64,000 nt of DNA, from positions 558,001 to 622,000 of the forward strand of contig OZ024744.1 of NCBI GenBank assembly GCA_964016885.1. The letters run 5' to 3'. Positions 37,901 to 52,300 of this stretch are shown here, piece after piece. This DNA comes from Eledone cirrhosa. Taxonomy: Eukaryota. Position 1 is the stretch's first letter; the number at the start of each line of letters is the position of its first letter. The notes under the pieces are model-generated. The model was not told the DNA's origin, ran no database searches, and was given only the letters and a program-made list of their open reading frames with translations. The translations under genes and the position numbers were made by a program.

Positions 37901-38390
37901 AGAAGTATAGCTCGGTGAAGAACGAAGTTTTGAGGGAAGACAAGGTAGAGAAAGATAGCTTGATGAAGAACGAAGTTTTGAGGGAAGACAAGGTAGAGAA
38001 AGATAGCTTGGTGAAGAACGAAGTATTGAGGGAAGACTAGGTAGAGAAAGATAGCTTGATGAAGAACGAAGTTTTGGGGGAAGACAAGGTAGAGAAAGAT
38101 AGCTTGGTGAAGAACGAAGTTTGAGGGAAGACAAGGTAGAGAAAGATAGCTTGGTGAAGAACGAAGTTTGAGGGAAGACAAGGTAGAGAAAGATAGCTTG
38201 GTGAAGAACGAAGTTTTGAGGGAAGAGAAGGTAGAGAAAGATAGCTTGGTGAAGAACGAAGTGTTGGGGGAAGACAAGGTAGAGAAAGATAGCTTGGTGA
38301 AGAACGAAGTTTTGAGGGAAGACAAGGTAGAGAAAGATAGTTGGTAAAGAACGAAGTTTTGAGGGAAGACAAGGTAGAGAAAGATAGCTT
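30860..38390. repeat. Tandem duplication of ~3,542 bp; second copy carries an internal 288-bp (6-monomer) duplication, giving offset 3,830
   Basis: ORFs 30969/34511, 31496/35038, 31974/35516 (3542); 32789/36619, 33458/37288 (3830). GAAAAACGAA at 32411/36241. AACAAAG..GAGAAGG at 35573 and 35861 (288). Confidence 0.92.
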
Positions 38391-40480
38391 GGTGAAGAAC
38401 GACGTTTTGAGGGAAGACAAGGTATAGAAAGATAGCTTGGTGAAGAACGACGTTTTCGGGGAAGAAAAGGTAGAGAAAGATAGCTTGGTGAAGAACAAAG
38501 TTTTGGGGGAAGACAAGGTAGAGAAAGATAGCTTGGTGAAGAACGAAGTATTGAGGGAAGACTCGGTAGAGAAAGATAGCTTGGTGAAGAACGAAGTTTT
38601 GAGGGAAGACAAGGTAGAGAAAGATAGCTTGGTGAAGAACGAGGTTTTGAGGGAAGACAATGTAGAGAAAGATAGCTTCGTGAATAACGAAGTTTTGGGG
38701 GAAGACATGGTAGAGAAAGATAGCTTGGTGAAGAACGAAGTTTTGAGGGAAGACAAGGTAGAGAAAGATAGCCTGGTGAAGAACGAAGTTTTGGGGGATG
38801 ACAAAGTAGAGAAAGATAGCTTGGTGAAGAACGAAGTTTTAGGGGAAGACAAGGTAGAGAAAGATAGCTTGATGAAGAACGAAGTTTTGGGGGAAGACAA
38901 GGTAGAGAAAGATAGCTTGGTGAAGAACGAAGTTTTGAGGGAAGACAAGGTAGAGAAAGATAGCTTGGTGAAGAACGAAGTTTTGGGGGAAGACAAGGTA
39001 GAGAAAGATAGCTTGGTGAAGAACGAAGTTTTGCGGGAAGACAAGGTAGAGAAGTATAGCTCGGTGAAGAACGAAGTTTTGAGGGAAGACAAGGTAGAGA
39101 AAGATAGCTTGGTGGAGAACGAAGTTTTGAGGGAAGACAAGGTAGAGAAAGATAGCTTGGTGAAGAACGAAGTTTTGAGGGAAGACAAGGTAGAGAAAGA
39201 TAGCTTGGTGAAGAACGAAGTTATGAGGGAAGACAAGGTAGAGAAAGATAGTTGGTGAAGAACGAAGTTTGAGGGAAGACAAGGTAGAGAAAGATAGCTT
39301 GGTGAAGAACGACGTTTTGAGGGAAGACAAGGTAGAGAAAGATAGCTTGATGAAGTACGAAGTTTTGGGGGAAGACAAGGTAGAGAAAGATAGCTTGGTG
39401 AAGAACGAAGTTTTGAGGGAAGACAAGGTAGAGAAAGATAGCTTGATGAAGAACGAAGTTTTGAGGGAAGACAAGGTAGAGAAAGATAGCTTGGTGAAGA
39501 ACGAAGTATTGAGGGAAGACTAGGTAGAGAAAGATAGCTTGATGAAGAACGAAGTTTTGGGGGAAGACAAGGTAGAGAAAGATAGCTTGGTGAAGAACGA
39601 AGTTTGAGGGAAGACAAGGTAGAGAAAGATAGCTTGGTGAAGAACGAAGTTTGAGGGAAGACAAGGTAGAGAAAGATAGCTTGGTGAAGAACGAAGTTTT
39701 GAGGGAAGAGAAGGTAGAGAAAGATAGCTTGGTGAAGAACGAAGTGTTGGGGGAAGACAAGGTAGAGAAAGATAGCTTGGTGAAGAACGAAGTTTTGAGG
39801 GAAGACAAGGTAGAGAAAGATAGTTGGTAAAGAACGAAGTTTTGAGGGAAGACAAGGTAGAGAAAGATAGCTTGGTGAAGAACGACGTTTTGAGGGAAGA
39901 CAAGGTATAGAAAGATAGCTTGGTGAAGAACGACGTTTTCGGGGAAGAAAAGGTAGAGAAAGATAGCTTGGTGAAGAACAAAGTTTTGGGGGAAGACAAG
40001 GTAGAGAAAGATAGCTTGGTGAAGAACGAAGTATTGAGGGAAGACTCGGTAGAGAAAGATAGCTTGGTGAATAACGAAGTTTTGAGGGAAGACAAGGTAG
40101 AGAAGGATAGCTTGGTGAAGAACGAGGTTTTGAGGGAAGACAATGTAGAGAAAGATAGCTTCGTGAATAACGAAGTTTTGGGGGAAGACATGGTAGAGAA
40201 AGATAGCTTGGTGAACAACGAAGTTTTGAGGGAAGACAAGGTAGAGAAAGATAGCTTGGTGAAGAACGAAGTTTTGGGGGAAGACAAGGTAGAGAAAGAT
40301 AGCTTGATGAAGAACGAAGTTTTGGGGGAAGACAAGGTAGAGAAAGATAGCTTGGTGAAGAACGAAGTTTTGAGGGAAGACAAGGTAGAGAAAGATAGCT
40401 TGGTGAAGAACGAAGTTTTGGGGGAAGACAAGGTAGAGAAAGATAGCTTGGTGAAGAACGAAGTTTTGGGGAAGACAAGG
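36800..40480. repeat. Further copies of a ~1.15-1.48-kb unit (offsets 1,149 and 1,483)
   Basis: NDVFGEEK-type ORFs start at 37288, 38437, 39920. CTTCGTGAATAAC..GACATGG marker is present in each. Confidence 0.82.
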
Positions 40481-43400
40481 TAGAGAAATATAGCTCGGTG
40501 AAGAACGAAGTTTTGAGGGAAGACAAGGTAGAGAAAGATAGCTTGGTGAAGAACGAAGTTTTGGGGGAAGACAAGGTAGAGAAAGATAGCTTGGTGAAGA
40601 ACGAAGTTATGAGGGAAGACAAGGTAGTGAAAGATAGTTGGTGAACAACGAAGTTATGAGGGAAGACAAGGTAGTGAAAGATAGTTGGTGAAGAACGAAG
40701 TTTTGAGGGAAGACAAGGTAGAAAAAGATAGCTTGGTGAAGAACGAAGTTATGAGGGAAGACAAGGTAGTGAAAGATAGTTGGTGAAGAACGAAGTTTTG
40801 AGGGAAGACAAGGTAGAGAAAGATAGCTTGGTGAAGAACGACGTTTTGAGGGAAGACAAGGTAGAGAAAGATAGCTTGATGAAGTACGAAGTTTTGGGGG
40901 AAGACAAGGTAGAGAAAGATAGCTTGGTGAAGAACGAAGTTTTGAGGGAAGACAAGGTAGAGAAAGATAGCTTGATGAAGAACGAAGTTTTGAGGGAAGA
41001 CAAGGTAGAGAAAGATAGCTTGGTGAAGAACGAAGTATTGAGGGAAGACTAGGTAGAGAAAGATAGCTTGATGAAGAACGAAGTTTTGGGAGAAGACAAG
41101 GTAGAGAAAGATAGCTTGGTGAAGAACGAAGTTTGAGGGAAGACAAGGTAGAGAAAGATAGCTTGGTGAAGAACGAAGTTTGAGGGAAGACAAGGTAGAG
41201 AAAGATAGCTTGGTGAAGAACGAAGTTTTGACGGAAGACAAGGTAGAGAAATATAGCTTGATGAAGAACGAAGTTTTGAGGGAAGACAAGGTAGAGAAAG
41301 ATAGGTTGATGAAGAACGAAGTTTGGGGGCAGATAAGGTAGAGAAAGATAGCTTGGTGAAGAACGAAGTTTTGAGGGAAGACAAGGTAGAGAAAGATAGC
41401 TTGGTGAAGAACGAAGTTTTGAGGGAAGACATGGTAGAGAAAGATAGCTTGGTGAAGAACGAAGTTTTGAGGGAAGACAAGGTAGAGAAAGATAGTTGGT
41501 GAAGAACGAAGTTTTGAGGGAAGACAAGGTAGAGAAAGATAGCTTGGTGAAGAACGACGTTTTGAGGGAAGACAAGGTATAGAAAGATAGCTTGGTGAAG
41601 AACGAAGTTTTGAGGGAAGACAAGGTAGAGAAAGATAGCTTGGTGAAGAACGAAGTTTTGGGGGAAGACAAGGTAGAGAAAGATAGCTTGGTGAAGAACG
41701 AGGTTTTGAGGGAAGACAAGGTAGAGAAAGATAGCTTGATGAAGAACGAAGTTTTGAGGGAAGACAAGGTAGAGAAAGATAGCTTGATGAAGAACGAAGT
41801 TTTGAGGGAAGACAAGGTAGAGAAAGATAGCTTGGTGAAGAACGAAGTTTTGAGGGAAGACAAAGTATAGAAAGATAGCTTGGTGAAGAACGAAGTTTTG
41901 GGGGAAGACAATGTAGAGAAAGATAGCTTGATGAAGAACGAAGTTTTGGGGGAAGACAAGGTAGAGAAAGATAGCTTGGTGAAGAACGAAGTTTTGGGGG
42001 AAGACAAGGTAGAGAAAGATAGCTTGGTGAAGAACGAAGTATTGAGGGAAGACTCGGTAGAGAAAGATAGCTTGGTGAAGAACGAAGTTTTGAGGGAAGA
42101 CAAGGTAGAGAAAGATAGCTTGGTGAAGAACGAGGTTTTGAGGGAAGACAATGTAGAGAAAGATAGCTTCGTGAATAACGAAGTTTTGGGGGAAGACATG
42201 GTAGAGAAAGATAGCTTGGTGAACAACGAAGTTTTGAGGGAAGACAAGGTAGAGAAAGATAACCTGTGAAGAACGAAGTTTTGGGGGATGACAAAGTAGA
42301 GAAAGATAGCTTGGTGAAGAACGAAGTTTTGGGGGAAGACAATGTAGAGAAAGATAGCTTGATGAAGAACGAAGTTTTGGGGGAAGACAAGGTAGAGAAA
42401 GATAGCTTGGTGAAGAACGAAGTTTTGAGGGAAGACAAGGTAGAGAAAGATAGCTTGGTGAAGAACGAAGTTTTGGGGGAAGACAAGGTAGAGAAAGATA
42501 GCTTGGTGAAGAACGAAGTTTTGGGGAAGACAAGGTAGAGAAATATAGCTCGGTGAAGAACGAAGTTTTGAGGGAAGACAAGGTAGAGAAAGATAGCTTG
42601 GTGAAGAACGAAGTTTTGGGGGAAGACAAGGTAGAGAAAGATAGCTTGGTGAAGAACGAAGTTATGAGGGAAGACAAGGTAGTGAAAGATAGTTGGTGAA
42701 CAACGAAGTTATGAGGGAAGACAAGGTAGTGAAAGATAGTTGGTGAAGAACGAAGTTTTGAGGGAAGACAAGGTAGAAAAAGATAGCTTGGTGAAGAACG
42801 AAGTTATGAGGGAAGACAAGGTAGTGAAAGATAGTTGGTGAAGAACGAAGTTTTGAGGGAAGACAAGGTAGAGAAAGATAGCTTGGTGAAGAACGACGTT
42901 TTGAGGGAAGACAAGGTAGAGAAAGATAGCTTGATGAAGTACGAAGTTTTGGGGGAAGACAAGGTAGAGAAAGATAGCTTGGTGAAGAACGAAGTTTTGA
43001 GGGAAGACAAGGTAGAGAAAGATAGCTTGATGAAGAACGAAGTTTTGAGGGAAGACAAGGTAGAGAAAGATAGCTTGGTGAAGAACGAAGTATTGAGGGA
43101 AGACTAGGTAGAGAAAGATAGCTTGATGAAGAACGAAGTTTTGGGGGAAGACAAGGTAGAGAAAGATAGCTTGGTGGAGAACGAAGTTTGAGGGAAGACA
43201 AGGTAGAGAAAGATAGCTTGGTGAAGAACGAAGTTTGAGGGAAGACAAGGTAGAGAAAGATAGCTTGGTGAAGAACGAAGTTTTGACGGAAGACAAGGTA
43301 GAGAAATATAGCTTGATGAAGAACGAAGTTTTGAGGGAAGACAAGGTAGAGAAAGATAGGTTGATGAAGAACGAAGTTTGGGGGCAGATAAGGTAGAGAA

Positions 43401-45700
43401 AGATAGCTTGGTGAAGAACGAAGTTTTGAGGGAAGACAAGGTAGAGAAAGATAGCTTGGTGAAGAACGAAGTTTTGAGGGAAGACATGGTAGAGAAAGAT
43501 AGCTTGGTGAAGAACGAAGTTTTGAGGGAAGACAAGGTAGAGAAAGATAGTTGGTGAAGAACGAAGTTTTGAGGGAAGACAAGGTAGAGAAAGATAGCTT
43601 GGTGAAGAACGACGTTTTGAGGGAAGACAAGGTAGAGAAAGATAGCTTGGTGAAGAACGAAGTTTTGGGGGAAGACAAGGTAGAGAAAGATAGCTTGGTG
43701 AAGAACGAAGTTTTGAGGGAAGACAAGGTAGAGAAAGATAGCTTGATGAAGAACGAAGTTTTGAGGGAAGACAAGGTAGAGAAAGATAGCTTGGTGAAGA
43801 ACGAAGTATTGAGGGAAGACTAGGTAGAGAAAGATAGCTTGATGAAGAACGAAGTTTTGGGGGAAGACAAGGTAGAGAAAGATAGCTTGGTGAAGAACGA
43901 AGTTTGAGGGAAGACAAGGTAGAGAAGGATAGCTTGGTGAAGAACGAAGTTTGAGGGAAGACAAGGTAGAGAAAGACAGCTTGGTGAAGAACGAAGTTTT
44001 GAGGGAAGAGAAGGTAGAGAAAGATAGCTTGGTGAAGAACGACGTTTTGAGGGAAGACAAGGTATAGAAAGATAGCTTGGTGAAGAACGACGTTTTCGGG
44101 GAAGAAAAGGTAGAGAAAGATAGCTTGGTGAAGAACAAAGTTTTGGGGGAAGACAAGGTAGAGAAAGATAGCTTGGTGAAGAACGAAGTATTGAGGGAAG
44201 ACTCGGTAGAGAAAGATAGCTTGGTGAAGAACGAAGTTTTGAGGGAAGACAAGGTAGAGAAAGATAGCTTCGTGAATAACGAAGTTTTGGGGGAAGACAT
44301 GGTAGAGAAAGATAGCTTGGTGAACAACGAAGTTTTGAGGGAAGACAAGGTAGAGAAAGATAACCTGTGAAGAACGAAGTTTTGGGGGATGACAAAGTAG
44401 AGAAAGATAGCTTTTGTGAAGAACGAAGTTTTGGGGGAAGACAAGGTAGAGAAAGATAGCTTGATGAAGAACGAAGTTTTGGGGGAAGACAAGGTAGAGA
44501 AAGATAGCTTGGTGAAGAACGAAGTTTTGAGGGAAGACAAGGTAGAGAAAGATAGCTTGGTGAAGAACGAAGTTTTGGGGGAAGACAAGGTAGAGAAAGA
44601 TAGCTTGGTGAAGAACGAAGTTTTGGGGAAGACAAGGTAGAGAAATATAGCTCGGTGAAGAACGAAGTTTTGAGGGAAGACAAGGTAGAGAAAGATAGCT
44701 TGGTGAAGAACGAAGTTTTGGGGGAAGACAAGGTAGAGAAAGATAGCTTGGTGAAGAACGAAGTTATGAGGGAAGACAAGGTAGTGAAAGATAGTTGGTG
44801 AACAACGAAGTTATGAGGGAAGACAAGGTAGTGAAAGATAGTTGGTGAAGAACGAAGTTTTGAGGGAAGACAAGGTAGAGAAAGATAGCTTGGTGAAGAA
44901 CGAAGTTATGAGGGAAGACAAGGTAGTGAAAGATAGTTGGTGAAGAACGAAGTTTTGAGGGAAGACAAGGTAGAGAAAGATAGCTTGGTGAAGAACGACG
45001 TTTTGAGGGAAGACAAGGTAGAGAAAGATAGCTTGATGAAGTACGAAGTTTTGGGGGAAGACAAGGTAGAGAAAGATAGCTTGGTGAAGAACGAAGTTTT
45101 GAGGGAAGACAAGGTAGAGAAAGATAGCTTGATGAAGAACGAAGTTTTGAGGGAAGACAAGGTAGAGAAAGATAGCTTGGTGAAGAACGAAGTATTGAGG
45201 GAAGACTAGGTAGAGAAAGATAGCTTGATGAAGAACGAAGTTTTGGGGGAAGACAAGGTAGAGAAAGATAGCTTGGTGAAGAACGAAGTTTGAGGGAAGA
45301 CAAGGTAGAGAAAGATAGCTTGGTGAAGAACGAAGTTTGAGGGAAGACAAGGTAGAGAAAGATAGCTTGGTGAAGAACGAAGTTTTGACGGAAGACAAGG
45401 TAGAGATATATAGCTTGATGAAGAACGAAGTTTTGAGGGAAGACAAGGTAGAGAAAGATAGGTTGATGAAGAAAGAAGTTTGGGGGCAGATAAGGTAGAG
45501 AAAGATAGCTTGGTGAAGAACGAAGTTTTGAGGGAAGACAAGGTAGAGAAAGATAGCTTGGTGAAGAACGAAGTTTTGAGGGAAGACAAGGTAGAGAAAG
45601 ATAGCTTGGTGAAGAACGAAGTTTTGAGGGAAGACAAGGTAGAGAAAGATAGTTGGTGAAGAACGAAGTTTTGAGGGAAGACAAGGTAGAGAAAGATAGC
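40260..45700. repeat. Three copies of a ~2.1-kb unit (offsets 2,055 and 2,102)
   Basis: AAGGTAGTGAAAGATAGTTGGTGAACAAC at 40621, 42676, 44778. ORFs 40780/42835/44937. Confidence 0.88.
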
Positions 45701-48700
45701 TTGGTGAAGAACGACGTTTTGAGGGAAGACAAGGTAGAGAAAGATAGCTTGGTGAAGAACGAAGTTTTGGGGGAAGACAAGGTAGAGAAAGATAGCTTGA
45801 TGAAGTACGAAGTTTTGGGGGAAGACAAGGTAGAGAAAGATAGCTTGGTGAAGAACGACGTTTTGTGGGAAGACAAGGTAGAGAAACATAGTTGGTGAAG
45901 AACGAAATTTTGAGGGAAGACAAGGTAGAGAAAGATAGCTTGGTGAAGAACGAAGTTTTGAGGGAAGACAAGGTAGAGAAAGATAGCTTGATGAAGAACG
46001 AAGTTTTGAGGGAAGACAAGGTAGAGAAAGATAGCTTGATGAAGTACGAAGTTTTGGGGGAAGACAAGGTAGAGAAAGATAACTTGGTGAAGAACGAAGT
46101 TTTGAGGGAAGACAAGGTAGAGAAAGATAGCTTGATGAAGAACGAAGTTTTGAGGGAAGACAAGGTAGAGAAAGATAGCTTGGTGAAGAACGAAGTTTTG
46201 AGGGAAGACAAAGTATAGAAAGATAGCTTGGTGAAGAATGAAGTTTTGGGGGAAGACAATGTAGAGAAAGATAGCTTGATGAAGAACGAAGTTTTGGGGG
46301 AAGACAAGGTAGAGAAAGATAGCTTGGCGAAGAACGAAGTTTTGAGGGAAGACAAGGTAGAGAAAGATAGCTTGGTGAAGAACGAAGTTTTGGGGGAAGA
46401 CAAGGTAGAGAAAGATAGCTTCGTGAAGAACGAAGTTTTGAGGGAAGAGAAGGTAGAGAAAGATAGCTTGGTGAAGAACGAAGTTTTGGGGGAAGACAAG
46501 GTAGAGAAAGATAGCTTGGTGAAGAACGAAGTTTTGAGGGAAGACAAGGTAGAGAAAGATAGTTGGTAAAGAACGAAGTTTTGTGGGAAGACAAGGTAGA
46601 GAAAGATAGCTTGGTGAAGAACGACGTTTTGAGGGAAGACAAGGTATAGAAAGATAGCTTGGTGAAGAACGACGTTTTCGGGGAAGAAAAGGTAGAGAAA
46701 GATAGCTTGGTGAAGAACAAAGTTTTGGGGGAAGACAAGGTAGAGAAAGATAGCTTGGTGAAGAACGAAGTATTGAGGGAAGACTCGGTAGAGAAAGATA
46801 GCTTGGTGAAGAACGAAGTTTTGAGGGAAGACAAGGTAGAGAAAGATAGCTTGGTGAAGAACGAGGTTTTGAGGGAAGACAATGTAGAGAAATATAGCTT
46901 GGTGAAGAACGAAGTTTTGGGGGAAGACAAGGTAGAGAAAGATAGCTTGGTGAGGAACGAAGTTTTGAGGGAAGACAAGGTAGAGAAAGATAGCCTGGTG
47001 AAGAACGAAGTTTTGGGGGATGACAAAGTAGAGAAAGATAGCTTGGTGAAGAACGAAGTTTTGGGGGAAGACTAGGTAGAGAAAGATAGCTTGATGAAGA
47101 ACGAAGTTTTGGGGGAAGACAAGGTAGAGAAAGATAGCTTGGTGAAGAACGAAGTTTTGGGGGAAGACAAGGTAGAGAAAGATAGCTTGGTGAAGAACGA
47201 AGTTTTGCGGGAAGACAAGGTAGAGAAAGATAGCTCGGTGAAGAACGAAGTTTTGAGGGAAGACAAGGTAGAGAAAGATAGCTTGGTGAAGAACGAAGTT
47301 TTGGGGGAAGACAAGGTAGAGAAAGATAGCTTGGTGAAGAACGAAGTTTTGAGGGAAGACAAGGTAGAGAAAGATAGCTTGGTGAAGAACGAAGTTATGA
47401 GGGAAGACAAGGTAGAGAAAGATAGTTGGTGAAGAACGAAGTTTTGAGGGAAGACAAGGTAGAGAAAGATAGCTTGGTGAAGAACGACGTTTTGAGGGAA
47501 GACAAGGTAGAGAAAGATAGCTTGATGAAGTACGAAGTTTTGGGGGAAGACAAGGTAGAGAAAGATAGCTTGGTGAAGAACGAAGATTTGAGGGAAGACA
47601 AGGTAGAGAAAGATAGCTTGATGAAGAACGAAGTTTTGAGGGAAGACAAGGTAGAGAAAGATAGCTTGGTGAAGAACGAAGTATTGAGGGAAGACTAGGT
47701 AGAGAAAGATAGCTTGATGAAGAACGAAGTTTTGGGGGAAGACAAGGTAGAGATAGATAGCTTGGTGAAGAACGAAGTTTGAGGGAAGACAAGGTAGAGA
47801 AAGATAGCTTGGTGAAGAACGAAGTTTGAGGGAAGACAAGGTAGAGAAAGATAGCTTGGTGAAGAACGAAGATTTGACGGGAGACAAGGTAGAGAAATAT
47901 AGCTTGATGAAGAACGAAGTTTTGAGGGAAGACAAGGTAGAGAAAGATAGGTTGATGAAGAACGAAGTTTAGGGGCAGATAAGGTAGAGAAAGATAGCTT
48001 GGTGAAGAACGAAGTTTTGAGGGAAGACAAGGTAGAGAAAGATGGCTTGGTGAAGAACGAAGTTTTGGGGGAAGACAAGGTAGAGAAAGATAGCTTGGTG
48101 AAGAACGAAGTTTTGAGGGAAGACAAGGTAGAGAAAGATAGTTGGTGAAGAACGAAGTTTTGAGGGAAGACAAGGTAGAGAAAGATAGCTTGGTGAAGAA
48201 CGACGTTTTGAGGGAAGACAAGGTAGAGAAAGATAGCTTGGTGAAGAACGACGTTATGAGGGAAGACAAGGTAGAGAAAGATAGTTGGTGAAGAACGAAG
48301 TTTTGAGGGAAGACAAGGTAGAGAAAGATAGCTTGGTGAAGAACGACGTTTTGAGGGAAGACAAGGTAGAGAAAGATAGCTTGATGAAGTACGAAGTTTT
48401 GGGGGAAGACAAGGTAGAGAAAGATAGCTTGGTGAAGAACGAAGTTTTGAGGGAAGACAAGGTAGAGAAAGATAGCTTGATGAAGAACGAAGTTTTGAGG
48501 GAAGACAAGGTAGAGAAAGATAGCTTGGTGAAGAACGAAGTATTGAGGGAAGACTAGGTAGAGAAAGATAGCTTGATGAAGAACGAAGTTTTGGGGGAAG
48601 ACAAGGTAGAGAAAGATAGCTTGGTGAAGAACGAAGTTTGAGGGAAGACAAGGTAGAGAAAGATAGCTTGGTGAAGAACGAAGTTTGAGGGAAGACAAGG

Positions 48701-49319
48701 TAGAGAAAGATAGCTTGGTGAAGAACGAAGTTTTGACGGAAGACAAGGTAGAGAAATATAGCTTGATGAAGAACGAAGTTTTGAGGGAAGACAAGGTAGA
48801 GAAAGATAGGTTGATGAAGAACGAAGTTTGGGGGCAGATAAGGTAGAGAAAGATAGCTTGGTGAAGAACGAAGTTTTGAGGGAAGACAAGGTAGAGAAAG
48901 ATAGCTTGGTGAAGAACGAAGTTTTGGGGGAAGACAAGGTAGAGAAAGATAGCTTGATGAAGAACGAAGTTTTGGGGGAAGACAAGGTAGAGAAAGATAG
49001 CTTGGTGAAGAACGAAGTTTTGAGGGAAGACAAGGTAGAGAAAGATAGCTTGGTGAAGAACGAAGTTTTGGGGGAAGACAAGGTAGAGAAAGATAGCTTG
49101 GTGAAGAACGAAGTTTTGCGGGAAGACAAGGTAGAGAAATATAGATCGGTGAAGAACGAAGTTTTGAGGGAAGACAAGGTAGAGAAAGATAGCTTGGTGA
49201 AGAACGAAGTTTTGGGGGAAGACAAGGTAGAGAAAGATAGCTTGGTGAAGAACGAAGTTTTGAGGGAAGACAAGGTAGAGAAAGATAGCTTGGTGAAGAA
49301 CGAAGTTATGAGGGAAGAC

Positions 49320-52300
49320 AAGGTAGAGAAAGATAGTTGGTGAAGAACGAAGTTTTGAGGGAAGACAAGGTAGAGAAAGATAGCTTGGTGAAGAACGACG
49401 TTTTGAGGGAAGACAAGGTAGAGAAAGATAGCTTGATGAAGTACGAAGTTTTGGGGGAAGACAAGGTAGAGAAAGATAGCTTGGTGAAGAACGAAGTTTT
49501 GAGGGAAGACAAGGTAGAGAAAGATAGCTTGATGAAGAACGAAGTTTTGAGGGAAGACAAGGTAGAGAAAGATAGCTTGGTGAAGAACGAAGTATTGAGG
49601 GAAGACTAGGTAGAGAAAGATAGCTTAATGAAGAACGAAGTTTTGGGGGAAGACAAGGTAGAGAAAGATAGCTTGGTGAAGAACGAAGTTTGAGGGAAGA
49701 CAAGGTAGAGAAAGATAGCTTGGTGAAGAACGAAGTTTGAGGGAAGACAAGGTAGAGAAAGATAGCTTGGTGAAGAACGAAGTTTTGACGGAAGACAAGG
49801 TAGAGAAATATAGCTTGATGAAGAACGAAGTTTTGAGGGAAGACAAGGTAGAGAAAGATAGGTTGATGAAGAACGAAGTTTGGGGGCAGATAAGGTAGAG
49901 AAAGATAGCTTGGTGAAGAACGAAGTTTTGAGGGAAGACAAGGTAGAGAAAGATAGCTTGGTGAAGAACGAAGTTTTGGGGGAAGACAAGGTAGAGAAAG
50001 ATAGCTTGGTGAAGAACGAAGTTTTGAGGGAAGACAAGGTAGAGAAAGATAGCTTGGTGAAGAACGAAGTTTTGGGGGAAGACAAGGTAGAGAAAGATAG
50101 CTTGGTGAAGAACGAAGTTTTGAGGGAAGACAAGGTAGAGAAAGGTAGTTGGTGAAGAACGAAGTTTTGAGGGAAGACAAGGTAGAGAAAGATAGCTTGG
50201 TGAAGAACGACGGTTTGAGGGAAGACAAGGTAGAGAAAGATAGCTTGGTGAAGAACGACGTTTTGAGGGAAGACAAGGTAGAGAAAGATAGCTTGGTGAA
50301 GAACGAAGTTTTGGGGGAAGACAAGGTAGAGAAAGATAGCTTGATGAAGTACGAAGTTTTGGGGGAAGACAAGGTAGAGAAAGATAGCTTGGTGAAGAAC
50401 GACGTTTTGTGGGAAGACAAGGTAGAGAAACATAGTTGGTGAAGAACGAAGTTTTGAGGGAAGACAAGGTAGAGAAAGATAGGTTGATGAAGAACGAAGT
50501 TTGGGGGCAGATAAGGTAGAGAAAGATAGCTTGGTGAAGAACGAAGTTTTGAGGGAAGACAAGGTAGAGAAAGATAGCTTGGTGAAGAACGAAGTTTTGG
50601 GGGAAGACAAGGTAGAGAAAGATAGCTTGATGAAGTACGAAGTTTTGGGGGAAGACAAGGTAGAGAAAGATAGCTTGGTGAAGAACGACGTTTTGTGGGA
50701 AGACAAGGTAGAGCAACATAGTTGGTGAAGAACGAAGTTTTGAGGGAAGACAAGGTAGAGGAAGATAGCTTGGTGAAGAATGAAGTTTTGAGGGAAGACA
50801 AGGTAGAGAAAGATAGCTTGGTGAAGAACGAAGTTTTGGGGGAAGACAATGTAGAGAAAGATAGCTTGGTGAAGAACGAAGTTTTGAGGGAAGACAAGGT
50901 AGAGAAAGATAGCTTGGTGAAGAACGAAGTTTTGGGGGAAGACAAGGTAGAGAAAGATAGTTGGTGAAGAACGAAGTTTTGAGGGAAGACAAGGTAGAGA
51001 AAGATAGCTTGGTGAAGAACGACGTTTTGAGGGAAGACAAGGTAGAGAAAGATAGCTTGATGAAGTACGAAGTTTTGGGGGAAGACAAGGTAGAGAAAGA
51101 TAGCTTGGTGAAGAACGAAGTTTTGAGGGAAGACAAGGTAGAGAAAGATAGCTTGATGAAGAACGAAGTTTTGAGGGAAGACAAGGTAGAGAAAGATAGC
51201 TTGGTGAAGAACGAAGTATTGAGGGAAGACTAGGTAGAGAAAGATAGCTTAATGAAGAACGAAGTTTTGAGGGAAGACAAGGTAGAGAAAGATAGCTTGG
51301 TGAAGAACGAAGTTTGAGGGAAGACAAGGTAGAGAAAGATAGCTTGGTGAAGAACGAAGTTTGAGGGAAGACAAGGTAGAGAAAGATAGCTTGGTGAAGA
51401 ACGAAGTTTTGACGGAAGACAAGGTAGAGAAATATAGCTTGATGAAGAACGAAGTTTTGAGGGAAGACAAGGTAGAGAAAGATAGGTTGATGAAGAACGA
51501 AGTTTGGGGGCAGATAAGGTAGAGAAAGATAGCTTGGTGAAGAACGAATTTTGAGGGAAGACAAGGTAGAGAAAGATAGCTTGGTGAAGAACGAAGTTTT
51601 GGGGGAAGACAAGGTAGAGAAAGATAGCTTGGTGAAGAACGAAATTTTGAGGGAAGACAAGGTAGAGAAAGATAGCTTGGTGAAGAACGAAGTTTTGGGG
51701 GAAGACAAGGTAGAGAAAGATAGCTTGGTGAAGAACGAAGTTTTGAGGGAAGACAAGGTAGAGAAAGGTAGTTGGTGAAGAACGAAGTTTTGAGGGAAGA
51801 CAAGGTAGAGAAAGATAGCTTGGTGAAGAACGACGGTTTGAGGGAAGACAAGGTAGAGAAAGATAGCTTGGTGAAGAACGACGTTTTGAGGGAAGACAAG
51901 GTAGAGAAAGATAGCTTGGTGAAGAACGAAGTTTTGGGGGAAGACAAGGTAGAGAAAGATAGCTTGATGAAGTACGAAGTTTTGGGGGAAGACAAGGTAG
52001 AGAAAGATAGCTTGGTGAAGAACGACGTTTTGTGGGAAGACAAGGTAGAGAAACATAGTTGGTGAAGAACGAAGTTTTGAGGGAAGACAAGGTAGAGAAA
52101 GATAGGTTGATGAAGAACGAAGTTTGGGGGCAGATAAGGTAGAGAAAGATAGCTTGGTGAAGAACGAAGTTTTGAGGGAAGACAAGGTAGAGAAAGATAG
52201 CTTGGTGAAGAACGAAGTTTTGAGGGAAGACAAGGTAGAGAAAGATAGCTTGATGAAGTACGAAGTTTTGGGGGAAGACAAGGTAGAGAAAGATAGCTTG

